A stretch of DNA of 64,000 nucleotides, from contig OX597838.1 of assembly GCA_951406725.2 (NCBI GenBank), forward strand, positions 30,752,001-30,816,000, read 5' to 3'. The DNA comes from Octopus vulgaris. Taxonomy: Eukaryota. A program made the translations under genes and the position numbers. Every line of letters starts with the position of its first letter. Within the stretch, counting starts at the first letter, position 1. This document shows, piece by piece, positions 42,278 through 58,579 of this stretch. Below the pieces are notes generated by a model. It was given only the letters and a program-made list of their open reading frames with translations. It was not told the DNA's origin and ran no database searches.

Positions 42278-42599
42278 CCTGTCTGTCTGTCTATCTATCG
42301 TTATATATACAGCATTTTACCCAGCGTGCTAATGATTCTACCAGCCCGTGGCCTTAATTACTGTAAATATTAATTGCTAGCAAAGACACGGTATTCCGTT
42401 ATGTAACCATAATATACTACAAAGTATATGAAACGTTTATATAAGTCAATACTTATATAATTTTATATAAGTTTATATATTACAATACTTATATAAGTTT
42501 ATATAAGTCCTACTCTGTTAGTAGTGCGATGTTTTCATTAATTAAGTACATCTCTACAGGTTTTCTATAGAGGTCAGAACCAGGACTGGTTACATCGTT

Positions 42600-42686
<87 letters not shown>

Positions 42687-43072
42687 TGTGTGTGTGTATG
42701 TGTGTGTGTGTATACATTCATACATATATACAAGAAGAAATATAAATAATGGGCTCTGAAGATGAAAATACTTGTTCAGGGGTGAGGTCATTGAAAGTTT
42801 TCAATCGATGAATCCATCGATTCAGTTAACGGAACTGTGAACGCACCTAAAATGCATACCGGAAACTCCTGTTAGTCTACAATGCACAATCAAATGAATA
42901 TGTAAAGCCCATTATTTACGCGTTTCCTTGTACGCCACACTGTGAAAAAGACCGGATTAAATGGGGAGTGCCACCATGGATTGACTAAGTCAAATGGTGA
43001 TGGACTTCATCTTCTGAGTTCTATGCCAATATGAAAACCTTTATATATATATATATATATATACATACATAC

Positions 43073-43133
<61 letters not shown>

Positions 43134-43241
43134 TAATCCAAACAAGAAAACACAGAAAAAAAGAGAAAAAAAAAACACAGCAACGCGAGGACGTGGAACA
43201 ATTAAAGTATTATTTGACGCTTAGGAAAGAAGGGAAGGAGG

Positions 43242-43276
43242 GTTTAACGTTTCGAGCGGAGCTCTTCGGCGGAAAC
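43242..43276 (-). ncRNA. Minimal hammerhead-like motif with a degenerate core
   Basis: GTTT-CCGCCGA-A-GAGC-tcc-GCTC-GAAAC-GTT-AAAC. Confidence 0.5.
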
Positions 43277-43359
43277 AAGGAGAAGGAAATATCCCAAGAA
43301 GGGAAGACAGAGGAAAAAATATTTTTGCTGGTGGTGCTCAAGAGATCACATGTTGAAAG

Positions 43360-43402
<43 letters not shown>

Positions 43403-43406
<4 letters not shown>

Positions 43407-43600
43407 CTATCGCCATACTAATATGGCATTCTTATAAAAATAAGAATAAAGCTGTCCGCTTATTATTATTGTTCGAAGGTTATATGGATACAGTTTGTGT
43501 ATCAAATAGCTAACTTAAGGCGATGGCCTCATGGAGCTAATAAGCGGACAGCTTTATTCTTATTTTTATTAGAATGCCATATTAGTATGGCGATAGCTAT
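43403..43600. repeat. Inverted repeat of about 62 bp within a TA-flanked unit
   Basis: 43403-43465 versus 43538-43600 is a near-perfect reverse complement. Confidence 0.9.
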
Positions 43601-43660
43601 TATTTTCCGGGAACGCTGCCGCTGTTCTCTTTTAGAGAGACTTAGTAATTTTAATATTTC

Positions 43661-43717
<57 letters not shown>

Positions 43718-43846
43718 CAGTAGCCGCACGAAATTTCTTCAAGTTTTTTTTTTCCACGTTTTTCTTATTTTCTTACTGACCAGCGTCCTTGATTTTTCAA
43801 ACTTAAGTACAACTCATAAACAGATCCTGAAAGATTACTTTAAGAT

Positions 43847-44047
43847 CAGTGGTTTTCAACCAGGGTTCCGCCAGTCCAGTCCAGGGGTTCCGCAAGAAGT
43901 TACAAAACTGCTAAAATCGGCAGTAATTTTTAATTCTCCTGTGCAGATATGTGTGCATAAGACTATTAAATTATTGCACAGGGGTTCCCCGAGCCAGTGG
44001 AACGTTTCCTTGGGTTTCCGCTCCAGCAAAAAGTTTGAAAAGCACTG
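43847..44047. mobile_element. hAT-like MITE
   Basis: CAGTGGTTTTCAA...TTGAAAAGCACTG, flanked by the direct repeat CTTTAAGAT. Confidence 0.85.
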
Positions 44048-44124
44048 CTTTAAGATACATGTCGTATTTCATAAATATGCCTGTTTAAAGTATGGTTGTA
44101 TATTTAATTTGATATATATATATA

Positions 44125-44356
44125 TATTTCTTTATTGCCCACACGGGGCTAAACATAGAGGGGACAAACAAGGACAGACAAAGGGATTAAGTCGATTACA
44201 TCGACCCCAGTGTGTAACTGGTACTTATTTATCGACCCCGAAAGGATGAAAGGCAAAGTCGACCTCGATGGAACTTGAACTCGGAACGTAACGGCAGACG
44301 AAATACGGCTACGCATTTCGCCCGGCCTGCTAACGTTTCTGCCAGCTCGCCGCCTT
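44125..44356 (-). mobile_element. SINE family B, full length
   Basis: Match to consensus. Confidence 0.9.
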
Positions 44357-44435
44357 GATATATTAGCAGCGGGCGAAATGCGTATATATATATATATATA
44401 TTTCTTTACTACCCACAAGGGGCTAAACACAGAGA

Positions 44436-44523
<88 letters not shown>

Positions 44524-44560
44524 CAGAAGGTTTGAAAGTGCAATTTTAAAAGGCGTTTAT

Positions 44561-44606
44561 TCACTTGACCGGTTTCACTTTTTTAGAAAAAGATTGTCAA
44601 AAGTAA
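44561..44606 (-). ncRNA. Minimal type I hammerhead-like motif, core decayed
   Basis: TTACTT-TTGACAA-T-CTTTT...AAAAG-T-GAAAC-CG-GTC-AAGTGA; palindromic stem III and GUC triplet. Confidence 0.55.
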
Positions 44607-44844
44607 AATGTAAAAGCTTTGTTGCGTTAAGTACTGGTTGTCACCAAATATTACAATACATATATACATTCTTTGATAATAATAATAAAAACGTAAAAAC
44701 AGTTTACAAGGAAAAATCTTGAGAAAATATTAAAAAGTTCATTGAAAATATTAGGATTTCATTAAAATCATGTTTGTTTGGAAGTATCTATATATATATA
44801 TATATACACAGAAAATTATAAGTTCAAAAAGGTCATATTTTGGT

Positions 44845-44886
<42 letters not shown>

Positions 44887-44956
44887 GAAAGAGATATATT
44901 TAGGAGTTTGCAAATAATTTGAGATAAACTGACCTATCTATCTGTCTGTCTGTCTA

Positions 44957-45082
<126 letters not shown>

Positions 45083-45083
45083 A

Positions 45084-45122
<39 letters not shown>

Positions 45123-45127
45123 CACTC

Positions 45128-45171
<44 letters not shown>

Positions 45172-45594
45172 TCATATATATATATTTATATATGTTTCGC
45201 TAAACGAATTATGACATGTCATTCTATCTGCATCGGTTTTGTTTCCTGACTAAAACTTTGAAATCCGTTTTATCGACAGGCGTTGGCTCCTTAACAGCCA
45301 TCGAAGTAGTTTTAGTGGTTTCAATTGTTAACAGTCCTCAGCCCATTCTTTTATTCCATGCTTAAGTACCGTTTTATGAAAGCCATTTGGCATCGCTGGA
45401 CTCCTACTGACTTCCTATATATGCTGAGCACATTTTAGCTTCGTATGTTGCAGTAATGGTTTATGAAAGTGAAACTAAATTCAACTTGCGCGATTTCGGC
45501 TTCTTTGTTGTTACTGATGTTGGGTTGTGGCCATGCTGGAGCACCGCACTGAAAGGTTTAGTCGAAGAAATCGATTCTAGTATTTACTCTTTCT

Positions 45595-45997
45595 CTTTTT
45601 CTCTTTTTACTTGTTTCAGTCATTTGACTGCGGCCATGCTGGAGCACCGCCTTTAATCGAGCAACTCGACCCCGGGAGTTATTCTTTGTAAGCCCAGTAT
45701 TTATTCTATCGGTCTCTTTTTTTTTGCCGAACCGCTAAGTAACGGGGACGTAAACACACCAGCATCGGTTGTCAAGCAATGCGGTGGGACAAACACAGAC
45801 ACATACATACTTATATATATATATACATATATACGACAAGCTTCTTTCAGTTTCCGTCTACCAAATCCACTCACAAGGCTTTGGTCGGCCCGAGGCTATA
45901 GTAGAAGACACTTGCCGAAGGTGCCACGCAGTGGGACTGAACCCAGAACCATATGGTTGGTAAACAAGCTACTTACCACACAGCCACTGCTGCGCCT
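45595..45997 (-). mobile_element. SINE family A, full length
   Basis: Match to consensus. Confidence 0.92.
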
Positions 45998-46498
45998 GTT
46001 TTTTTACTGTTTTTTTTTTTTAAAGTCTGGTATTTATTTCATCGTGATCTTTTGCTGAACGGCTAAGTTACGCGGACGTAAACGAATCGACACCGGTTGT
46101 CAAGTTAAAAAATATACCATCTAATTTTGTTTCCAACGGTTAATTATGCGACTAAAATCTAATTAGGAAATTAATTTTACAAAATTAGATAAAAAATTAT
46201 GAGTCCAGAAACAATTTATGTTCAGTTTTACAACAAATTACCGTAAAAAATTTGCCGATGAAAGTGCAAAAATTGAACACACACACACACGAACACACAC
46301 ACATACACACGTGTATACGAGGGATTCCATACAGTTTGCGTCTACCAAGTTTATACACAAGGTATTTGTCGGTCCGGCAAGAGTAGAAAGCGCTTTTGTT
46401 CAATGTGCCACGCAATGGGATTGAACCTGAAACCACACATCCAAGGCTTTACAGTAATTCTTAAGCTTATCTCTACAGATTTTCTATTGAGTGTAAAG

Positions 46499-46790
46499 CA
46501 GGCCTGGCCAACTCGAATTACATTGCGGCGCACTTTAATCACAAGGGCCGCTTGTATACTGACAGAATTGAAAGCATTTTGCTTTTTCATGCTATTATTA
46601 CAATAATGAATGAACGATCGTTGATTCAACATTGAATATTATCGTTGCAAAAACAGTAGTATCTTTCTTTTTGATAAAATTTTAAAATTGTTTGTTTAAA
46701 TAAACCCATTTCAAGAAAATATCTAGCGGGCTACAAAATAAAGGTCTGCAGGCCACATGCGGCCCGCGGGACTCATGTTGGCCAGCCCTG
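46499..46790. mobile_element. hAT (Charlie-like) MITE
   Basis: CAGGCCTGGCCAAC...GTTGGCCAGCCCTG; degenerate 8-bp TSD GTGTAAAG/GTTTAGAG. Confidence 0.8.
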
Positions 46791-47645
46791 GTTTAGAGTC
46801 ACCACTGAAAGTTAAACGACGTAACCAGTCCTAGTTCTGACCTCTATAGAAAATCTGTAGAGATGTACTTAATTGATGAAAACATTGCACTGCTAACACA
46901 GTAGGACAGGGTATTGACTTATAAAAACGTTTGATATACTTTGTAGTATATTATGGTTACATAACGAAATACCGTGTCCTTGCTAGCAATTAATATTTAC
47001 AGTAATTAAGGCCACGGGCTGGTAGAATCATTAGCACGCTGGGTAATATGCTTAGCAGCATTTCGTCCGTCTTTACGTTCTGAGTTCAAATTCCACCGAG
47101 GTCGATTTTTCCTTTCATCCTTTTGGGGTCGAATAAAATAAGTACCATTCGAGCACTGGGGGTCGATGGATCGGCTTACTCCCTCCCCCAGAATTGTTCT
47201 TCATGTGCAAAATTTAAAAACCAATATTTACAATTACTTAATTACTATCTTAATTACTTATTTTCTCTCCATTTTGTTCTGTTTATTTTTTCGCTCCTCC
47301 CCACCCACTTCTTTTGTTTTGCTCTCTGCACCGAATGTCTTACACTCCGTAGTTAAGAAGTCCAGTTTCGATCTCACAGCATGCGACACTTTGTTCGTTG
47401 GTCCGGGTCTCGGGGCAGTGTGGAGAGTGAGTGGCATCTCGGAGATTTAAAACGTCACACCTCCACCTCGCCGTGAATTTCTGATAGGGATCGGGCAAGG
47501 CACACCTCCTCGCCATGTACGGCCCGTAAGCAAATCGGGTTCCACTTTGCAAAGTTTATCTCGGAGGAGGACCTGGAGCTTCAAAGGACAGAAACCGATC
47601 GGTGGAAATATTGTTTATCGTCCTGGAACCGCAGATTTAACTTAC

Positions 47646-48090
47646 CACCAGGTTTAACGCAATCACGGCCGTTTGGCGACACACGATGACCGCTATTACA
47701 ACTATCGCCGTGGCCACCACCACCACCACCACCACCACCATCACCACCACCACCACCACCATCACAAGCACCGCCGCCGCCGCCGCTGCCACCACCACCA
47801 CCACCACCACCACCAGCACCGCCGCCGCCGCCGCCACCACCACCACCGCTACCATCACCACCAGCGCCGCCACCACCACCGGCACCACCACCACCACCAC
47901 TGCCACCACCACCACCAGCACCGCCGCCGCCGCCACCAATACCACCACCACCACCACCACTACCAGCGCCGCCGCCGCCATCACCACCAGCGTCGCCGCC
48001 GCCACTAGTCCGTCTTACACCACCAACTAGCATCACCAACGCCGTCGCTGTAACTCCCACCACAAGCCCTACAACCTCCATACAAGTCAT
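47646..48090 (-). CDS. Possible coding exon: hydrophobic leader, poly-Gly linker, Cys motif
   Basis: Acceptor-like CCTTAG| just upstream of the ATG; ends CNSGHRVSPNGRDCVKPG at a G|GTAAGT phase-1 donor. No partner exons found; may be a microsatellite artefact. Confidence 0.25.
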
Positions 48091-48264
48091 GCGTACCTAA
48101 GGCGGAGTGACGGGTGCTAAGCGTTCCAAATTCGACCACCCTTCCCTAATAAGAAATATCTTTATCCATCTGAAAACTGTTATCAGTTTCAAAGATTCTG
48201 GAAAATGTTCATGGCTGCCGTTCTTCTTTTCCTGAAGAAGTTGCAAGTGACGAAATAATACTCT

Positions 48265-48850
48265 TCTCTACTAAAGGCACAAGGTCTGAAATTTTGGGGG
48301 AGGAGGGTTAGCCGATTACATCGACCCCAGTACGTAACTGGTACTTATTTTATCGAGCCGAGAGAATGAAAGGCAAAGTCGACCTCGGCGGAATTTGAAC
48401 TCAGAACGTAAACACGGACGAAATACCGCTAAGCATTTTGTCAGGCGTGCTAACGATTCTGCCAGTTCGCTATCTTGATGTGACAAAATAATAACGATAA
48501 TCCTTTCTACTATAGGCACAAGGTCTGACTTTTTTACATCGACCCCAGTGTTCAACTGGTACTTTATTTTATCGAAAGGATGAAAGGCAAAGCCGACCTC
48601 GGCAGAATTTGAACTCAGAACGTAAAAAGCCGAAAAAAAATACCTATTTCTTTACTACCCACAAGGGGCTAAACATAGAGAGGACAAACAAGGACAGACA
48701 GACGGATTAAGTCGATTATATCGACCCCAGTGCGTAATTGGTACTTAATTTATCGACCCCGAAAGGATGAAAGGCAAAGTCGACCTCGGCGGAATTTGAA
48801 CTCAGAACGTAAAGAGCCGAAAACAATACCGCTAAGCATTTTGTCACGCG
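48265..48850 (-). mobile_element. Cluster of three SINE family B copies
   Basis: Match to consensus. Confidence 0.85.
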
Positions 48851-48875
48851 CTATAATAGCAACTGTAATATTGAA

Positions 48876-48906
<31 letters not shown>

Positions 48907-49589
48907 GCTTTTATTTTCCGCAAGGGTGATGACTAAGGGGGAGGGCAGCACAAAGACAAAATTAAAGATACGTGGTAAACGGCATTAAAAAAAGTAAAAA
49001 AAAAATAACTAATTTAATAAATCAATAAATAAATGATGATGATGATGATGATGGTGATGACGCAGTACTCTTGATACAGGAGGACGTCTTGGGGACGATT
49101 GAGAATCCCCAGTCTCCAAAATATCCCTGAATAACAAGGAGCAAGTGCCCAAGAGTAGCAAGGAAGAAGATGGCAAATTTAATTACATGGGGTCCCAGTG
49201 TTGAAAACGAGGGCTTTATCCTATCGCCCCCCTCCACCACCGCCAAAGGATGAAAAGTAAAGTTGACCTCAGGAGGAATTGAACTCAAAACGTACAGAGC
49301 TGAAAGAAATACCGCTAATCATTTTGTCCGCCATGACCCGGATAAGGCCTGGATTCACGATAGATACGGATTTCTCCAATTACCGCAGAACAATTTAAAT
49401 ACGCAGATTGTTTGGTTCCACCATTTTGTTAGCATTTTTGCAACTCCGTCACAAATGGTTTAATTATACTCTCACACTCACACACATACACACACACACA
49501 CACTCACACACACACTCACACACACTTGCACACACTTATGATAATAACAATTACAACTGTATACCATCTATGGTAAAATAAAACAGGGG

Positions 49590-53320
<3,731 letters not shown>

Positions 53321-53720
53321 AACAAGAATGGCGAATTTGACTGAATTGCGAGAGTGTTGGAGAAAGACCCCCTCGCAGTGCTTGTTCCAAGTTTCTGAGT
53401 TCAAATCCCGCTGAGGTCAACTTTACCTTTCGTCCTTTCTGAATCGACTTAAAATATTAAAAAATCCGAGAGGAATGTCTTGTATTCCTTCCAGTTCTTT
53501 CCGTTCTCCTTTCAGTTCCGCCATGACCACCTACCTGAGTGATTGTCTTAATCCGTCGCTCGGTTTAATAACACCACCTGGCTGTGTCCGCTTTAGTTAG
53601 GGGTCCAGTAAGTGAGATGTGACACACACTCCCCCAGATGGACATAGGATTTCATGTCCGGTAAGTTCATCCTCATCAATTCACCATTTTGTTTTTCTTC
53701 AATAAAATAATTTTTAACTA

Positions 53721-53861
53721 TAAGGTTGTCCCAAAAGTTCGTAGAAAGTCTTGGAAAATAATGATCTTTATTTTGAGGAATAATCTTTGTTGTTTTTGTT
53801 AGTACTTGGCGAGTAAAAATTCAATTTTCGCAAGTGTTTACGAACTTTTCGGACAACCTAA
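53721..53861. mobile_element. Tc1/mariner-type MITE
   Basis: TA|TAAGGTTGTCCCAAAAGTTCGTA...TACGAACTTTTCGGACAACCTAA|TA. Confidence 0.8.
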
Positions 53862-54007
53862 TATTAACGCTGAGATAGTATGGATATTCTTCCTCGGTAA
53901 ACTGTCCTCACGGTGAACTTTCGTCATGGCGAATTGATAGCGGTGAACTTACCTGTAATCATAAAATTTAACCTGTATGTACTCAGCAACTGACTTCACT
54001 TACCATT

Positions 54008-54241
54008 CTTATTTCTTTATTGCCCACAAGGAGCTAAACATAGAGGGGACAAACAAGGACAGACAAAGGGATTAAGTCGATTACACCGACCCCAGTGCGT
54101 AACTGGTACTTATTTAATCGACCCTTAAAGAATGAAAGGCAAAGTCGACCTCGGCGGAATTTGAACTCAGAACTTAGCGGCAGACGAAATACAACTAAGC
54201 ATTTCGCCCGATGTGCTAACGTTTCTGCCAGCTCGCCGCCT
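54008..54241 (-). mobile_element. SINE family B, full length
   Basis: Match to consensus. Confidence 0.9.
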
Positions 54242-54289
54242 TTTTTTTTTTTTTTCACTTACCATTTTGACTCATGTAGAACTTCACTA

Positions 54290-55500
54290 TTCTCCGGCAA
54301 GCAATCGGATTCCAACAGGGGGTGGTGGTCTTTATGTAATTCTTTGCGTAATTCTTATGAGCTGGATTGATAAGTGTAGCCTTTGTGGAAGTAATATTAG
54401 AATCAGTGAGACTAAGATCGGTCGGGGTGATGTTTGGAGATGGAATGATGTTACTTGGCTCATCAGATGATCTTCAGTATGCGTTGAATGGGTTCGCTGC
54501 CGAGTGTTGCGAGGCAAGAATGAGAATTGGTTTCGCGAAGGCTGAGACATTGGTCCTCACAAGTAAGTCTTTCTAGTGCGCTCTGTATGTTAGTGGAGCA
54601 TCACTGGGGCAAGTTTAGGGATCTCAGGACTGTCTTCACGAGTGATAGAAGACAGTACGATGGATTGGATCCTAGAACAGCAGGCACTGATAGACCAAAG
54701 CACCAGCTGAAGCTTTCGCTCTTCAGAAGAGGAGAGGTTGCTAAAAAATGCCCTACTTGCTGTCTTCAATTTGGATTTTGTGCCTATCCTGACATATGGT
54801 CATGAATTTGGGGTAATGACTGAAAGAGTTCGATTGCGAATCGAAGCGACCGAGACGGGACTCTTCCGAATGATTCTTGGAGTTATATTATTCATCAAGG
54901 TGCATAGCTTAGAGATCAAAAAGTTTTCCCTGGTCGAGCAGCTACATCTCTACAATCTTACGGACATATGATTAGAATGCCGCAGGTAAGAATCGCAAAA
55001 CAGGTTCTTGAAGCCGAGTCAGGAGATTTGGAGATTTGGGGTTGGGCTAGGAAGGAAATGATTGGATAATATCAATAGTCTGAGTTGGTCATGCCTAGGA
55101 ATCCAAGCAGGGAAGATGTAATGGCAATTGCCTCTGATAAAACACTATGGAGAAGAGGTACCTGAAGACTCTACCCTTTTGACTCGTAGAAGACCTAGGG
55201 GTGGACCAAGAATGAGAGGGTTGGATAATATCAATAGTCACAGAAGGGAAGATGTAATGGCAGTTGCTTCTGGTAAGATATTATGGAGGAAGTACCTGAA
55301 GACTCTACCCTTTGACTTGTTGAAGACCTTGGGGTGGACCAAGAATGAAAGGGTTGGATAACATCCTTAATCAGAGTTGGTCATGCTTGGGATCCAGCTA
55401 GAAACGTGTAATGGTGATTGCTTTTGATAGGACCATCTGGAGGAGGTGTTTGAGGACTCTGTTCCCCATGACCCTCCCAGGAGTAATGGGCGGAGAAGAT
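54290..55500 (+). mobile_element. Decayed RTE-clade LINE 3' fragment with internally triplicated 3' segment
   Basis: MFGDG (FADD-like), LQYALNGFAAEC...MRI...KAE, FVPILTYGHE..VMTERVR.RIEA.E, RRPRGGPRMR.LDNI; many stops. Confidence 0.82.
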
Positions 55501-55825
55501 GGATGAATTGTTAGTAGTTTTGAGGGGAGGGAGTAGATCGATATCATCGATCCCAGTACTTGGCTGGTGCTTTATTTTATTGATCCCGAAAAGATGAAAA
55601 CGTTGTTGACCCCGATGGAATTTGAGCTCGCACTCGTCGCTTCGTAGGTTTGTTTTCCTAAACAACGTAATTGAAGGGAAAGAGCGTTTTTCAAGAAATA
55701 TTTTCTTCAGAGAACTTCTCTAGAGCATCTTTGGATATCTTTTCCATACACACACAGAGAACTGTTGATCATTATTTACATGATTTACACTTGACGGATA
55801 TTTGTCCTCATCTTGTTCGTTGTTA

Positions 55826-55869
55826 ACACAACGTTTCGGCTGATAAACCCTCCAGCTTTTATCAGGTGT
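55826..55869 (-). ncRNA. Minimal hammerhead, mutated copy (G8A)
   Basis: ACAC-CTGATAA-A-AGCTG...CAGCC-GAAAC-GTT-GTGT. Confidence 0.55.
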
Positions 55870-56103
55870 CTTGGGGAAATTTCGAGCCCGGGTTCTCATT
55901 CCTAAGGTATTTTTCGATGTTGTTCTTGTTATTATTTTTCTTATTATCATCATCATTCTTCTTCTTCTTCTTCTTCTTCTTCTTCTTCTTCTTCTTCTTC
56001 TTCTTCTTCTTCTTCTTCTTCTTCTTCTTCTTCTTCTTCTTCTTCTTCTTCTTCTTCTTCTTCTTCTCCTTCTTCTTCTTCTCCTCTTCTTCTTCTTCTT
56101 CTT

Positions 56104-56134
<31 letters not shown>

Positions 56135-56139
56135 TCTTC

Positions 56140-56184
<45 letters not shown>

Positions 56185-56329
56185 TACGTTTGACTTTTGC
56201 TTTACATTTGTACAACCTGGCTCCAAGTCTCACCCAGAGACCTCAAGAGACAAGTTGGAAGTTCATGTTGGTGTTATGCCTAGGGTGCCATATATTTGGT
56301 TTTGTACTTATATTATTATTATTATTATC

Positions 56330-56420
<91 letters not shown>

Positions 56421-56639
56421 GAGTGAGAGAGCAGTTCATGCCATCAAAGTGACACTGGGGTAAAATATACGAAGCCCAATATACCCATCATGACTACCCG
56501 TCTGATAAGGGTACACCAGGCACATGCATCACAACCATATGTGCGCAACATGGTGATCTCATATCAAGATAAACAGCGCATCACCTTGCAGGTGGGGCCC
56601 AGTTAGAATTTTCTTCAGGTTGAGTAGCCCATCCCGCTC

Positions 56640-56697
<58 letters not shown>

Positions 56698-57570
56698 AGC
56701 CGATGCCTGGAATCGAACAAACAAGATGAGGATAAATATCCGCCAAACGTAAATAATGTAAATAATGTACATAATCCCTCATCCCTTAAATATTGAACTG
56801 CTGATCATTTTCAGACATTTTTAAATACAAATTTTAGGTGATTACATCAACGTACAATTGGCTACCATAAATCAGAGAGAGAGAGGGGGGGGCGAGAAGG
56901 AGAGAAATAGTACTATTCAAAAAACTCAATGTTAGACCACAGAAGCCAGTGTAATTTCAGTTAAACGTAAATATTTTAGAATAGAAATATTTTAAAAGAA
57001 AACAATTTTGAATTAAATATTCGAAACGATACAACAAATAACAACAAAAACAAAAACAGAAAGAGCCGCACGCATTTCGCCAGTCGAAAACATTGTATTC
57101 CTGTTTAAATTGGAAATCCAGTTAAGAACACTGGAAGCGATTTTGCAAACATAATTAGAGACGGGCAGTTTTTGAACCCGGAACGGAACTTTCTAGTCAG
57201 AGGTGGAGCCACGGCGGCGATGCATCACAAAGGGCATATCATCTCCTCACTTGAATAATTTGTTTAACAACGAGCGAGGAGATAAAGAAAGATACAGCAA
57301 TCCCTCAACTATCGCGAGTGTTACGTTCCACCCCACCCCACCCCCGCGATAAGTTAAAAAATCCGCGAAGTGGAAACAGTGTTGTTACTGTATATACTCT
57401 TTTACTCTCTTTTACTTGTTTCAGTCATTTGACTGCGGCCATGCTGGAGCACCGCCTTTAATCGAGCAACTCGACCCCGGGACTTTGGATATCTTTTCCA
57501 TACACTGAGAGAGAACTGTTGATCATTATTTACATTATTCACATATTTGTCCTCATCTTGTTTGTTGTTT

Positions 57571-57614
57571 ACACAACGTTTCGGCTGATATACCCTCCAG
57601 CCTTCATCAGGTGT
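57571..57614 (-). ncRNA. Minimal type I hammerhead ribozyme with canonical core
   Basis: ACAC-CTGATGA-A-GGCTG-gagggtatat-CAGCC-GAAAC-GTT-GTGT; loopless palindromic stem III as in Penelope-associated dimeric hammerheads. Confidence 0.75.
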
Positions 57615-57800
57615 CTTGGGGAAATTTCGAACCTGGGTTCTCATTCCTAAGGTATTTTTTGATGTTGTTGTTGTTGTTGTTGTTGTTGTTCTTGTTCTTC
57701 TTGTTCTTCTTGTTCTTCTTGTTCTTCTTGTTCTTCTTGTTCTTGTTCTTCTTCTTCTCCTTCTTCTTCTTCTTCTTCTTCTTCTTCTTCTTCTTCTTCC

Positions 57801-57861
<61 letters not shown>

Positions 57862-57949
57862 ATCGCGAGTGTTACGTTCCACCCCACCCCCCTACCCACC
57901 CCGCGATAAGTGAAAAATCCGCGAAGTGGAAACAGTATTGTACTGTATA

Positions 57950-58175
57950 TACTCTTTTACTCTCTTTTACTTGTTTCAGTCATTTGACTGCGGCTATGCT
58001 GGAGCACCGCCTTTAATCGAGCAACTCGACCCCGGGACTTTATTCTTTTTGTAAGCCCAGTACTTATTCTATCGGTCTCTTTTTGCCGAACCGCTAAGTA
58101 ACGGGGACATAAATACACCAGCATCGGTTGTCAAGCAATGCTAGGGGGACAAACACAGACACACAAACACACACA

Positions 58176-58219
<44 letters not shown>

Positions 58220-58386
58220 TACGACGGGCTTCTTTCAGTTTCCGTCTACCAAATCCACTCACAAGGCTTTGGTCGGCCCGAGGCTGTAGTAGAAGACACT
58301 TACCCAAGGTGCCACGAAGTGGGACTGAACCCGGAACCATGTGGTTGGTAAACAAGGTACTTACCACACAGCCACTACTGCGCCTA
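57950..58386 (-). mobile_element. SINE family A, full length
   Basis: Match to consensus. Confidence 0.92.
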
Positions 58387-58579
58387 TATATCTTTTTACT
58401 ATTTTTATAATTTGTATATATATATTTTGTTATAAATGCAAAAGAACACCACAGAGGGATCGACGTAAGCATAAATAATAAACCGTGACATGGCGAGGGA
58501 TTATTGTAATTCTGCTTCGAGAACAGCAGAAGAGCGTTCAATGTACCCACCAAAAAAGTAACTGAAGGAAGCTCTTGCT

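Noticed and set aside
42751-42806. CTGAAGATG...CATTGAAAG as a hammerhead
   Set aside because: No credible stem I.
53500-53670. Acceptor-like site, GCCATG and nearby GTAAGT as an exon
   Set aside because: In-frame stop after about 25 codons and no supporting homology.
56183-56640. Two unique-looking blocks inside (ATT)n as named LINE 3' ends
   Set aside because: They are probably TAA-associated retroelement ends, but are single copy here with no coding motif, so no family call is supportable.
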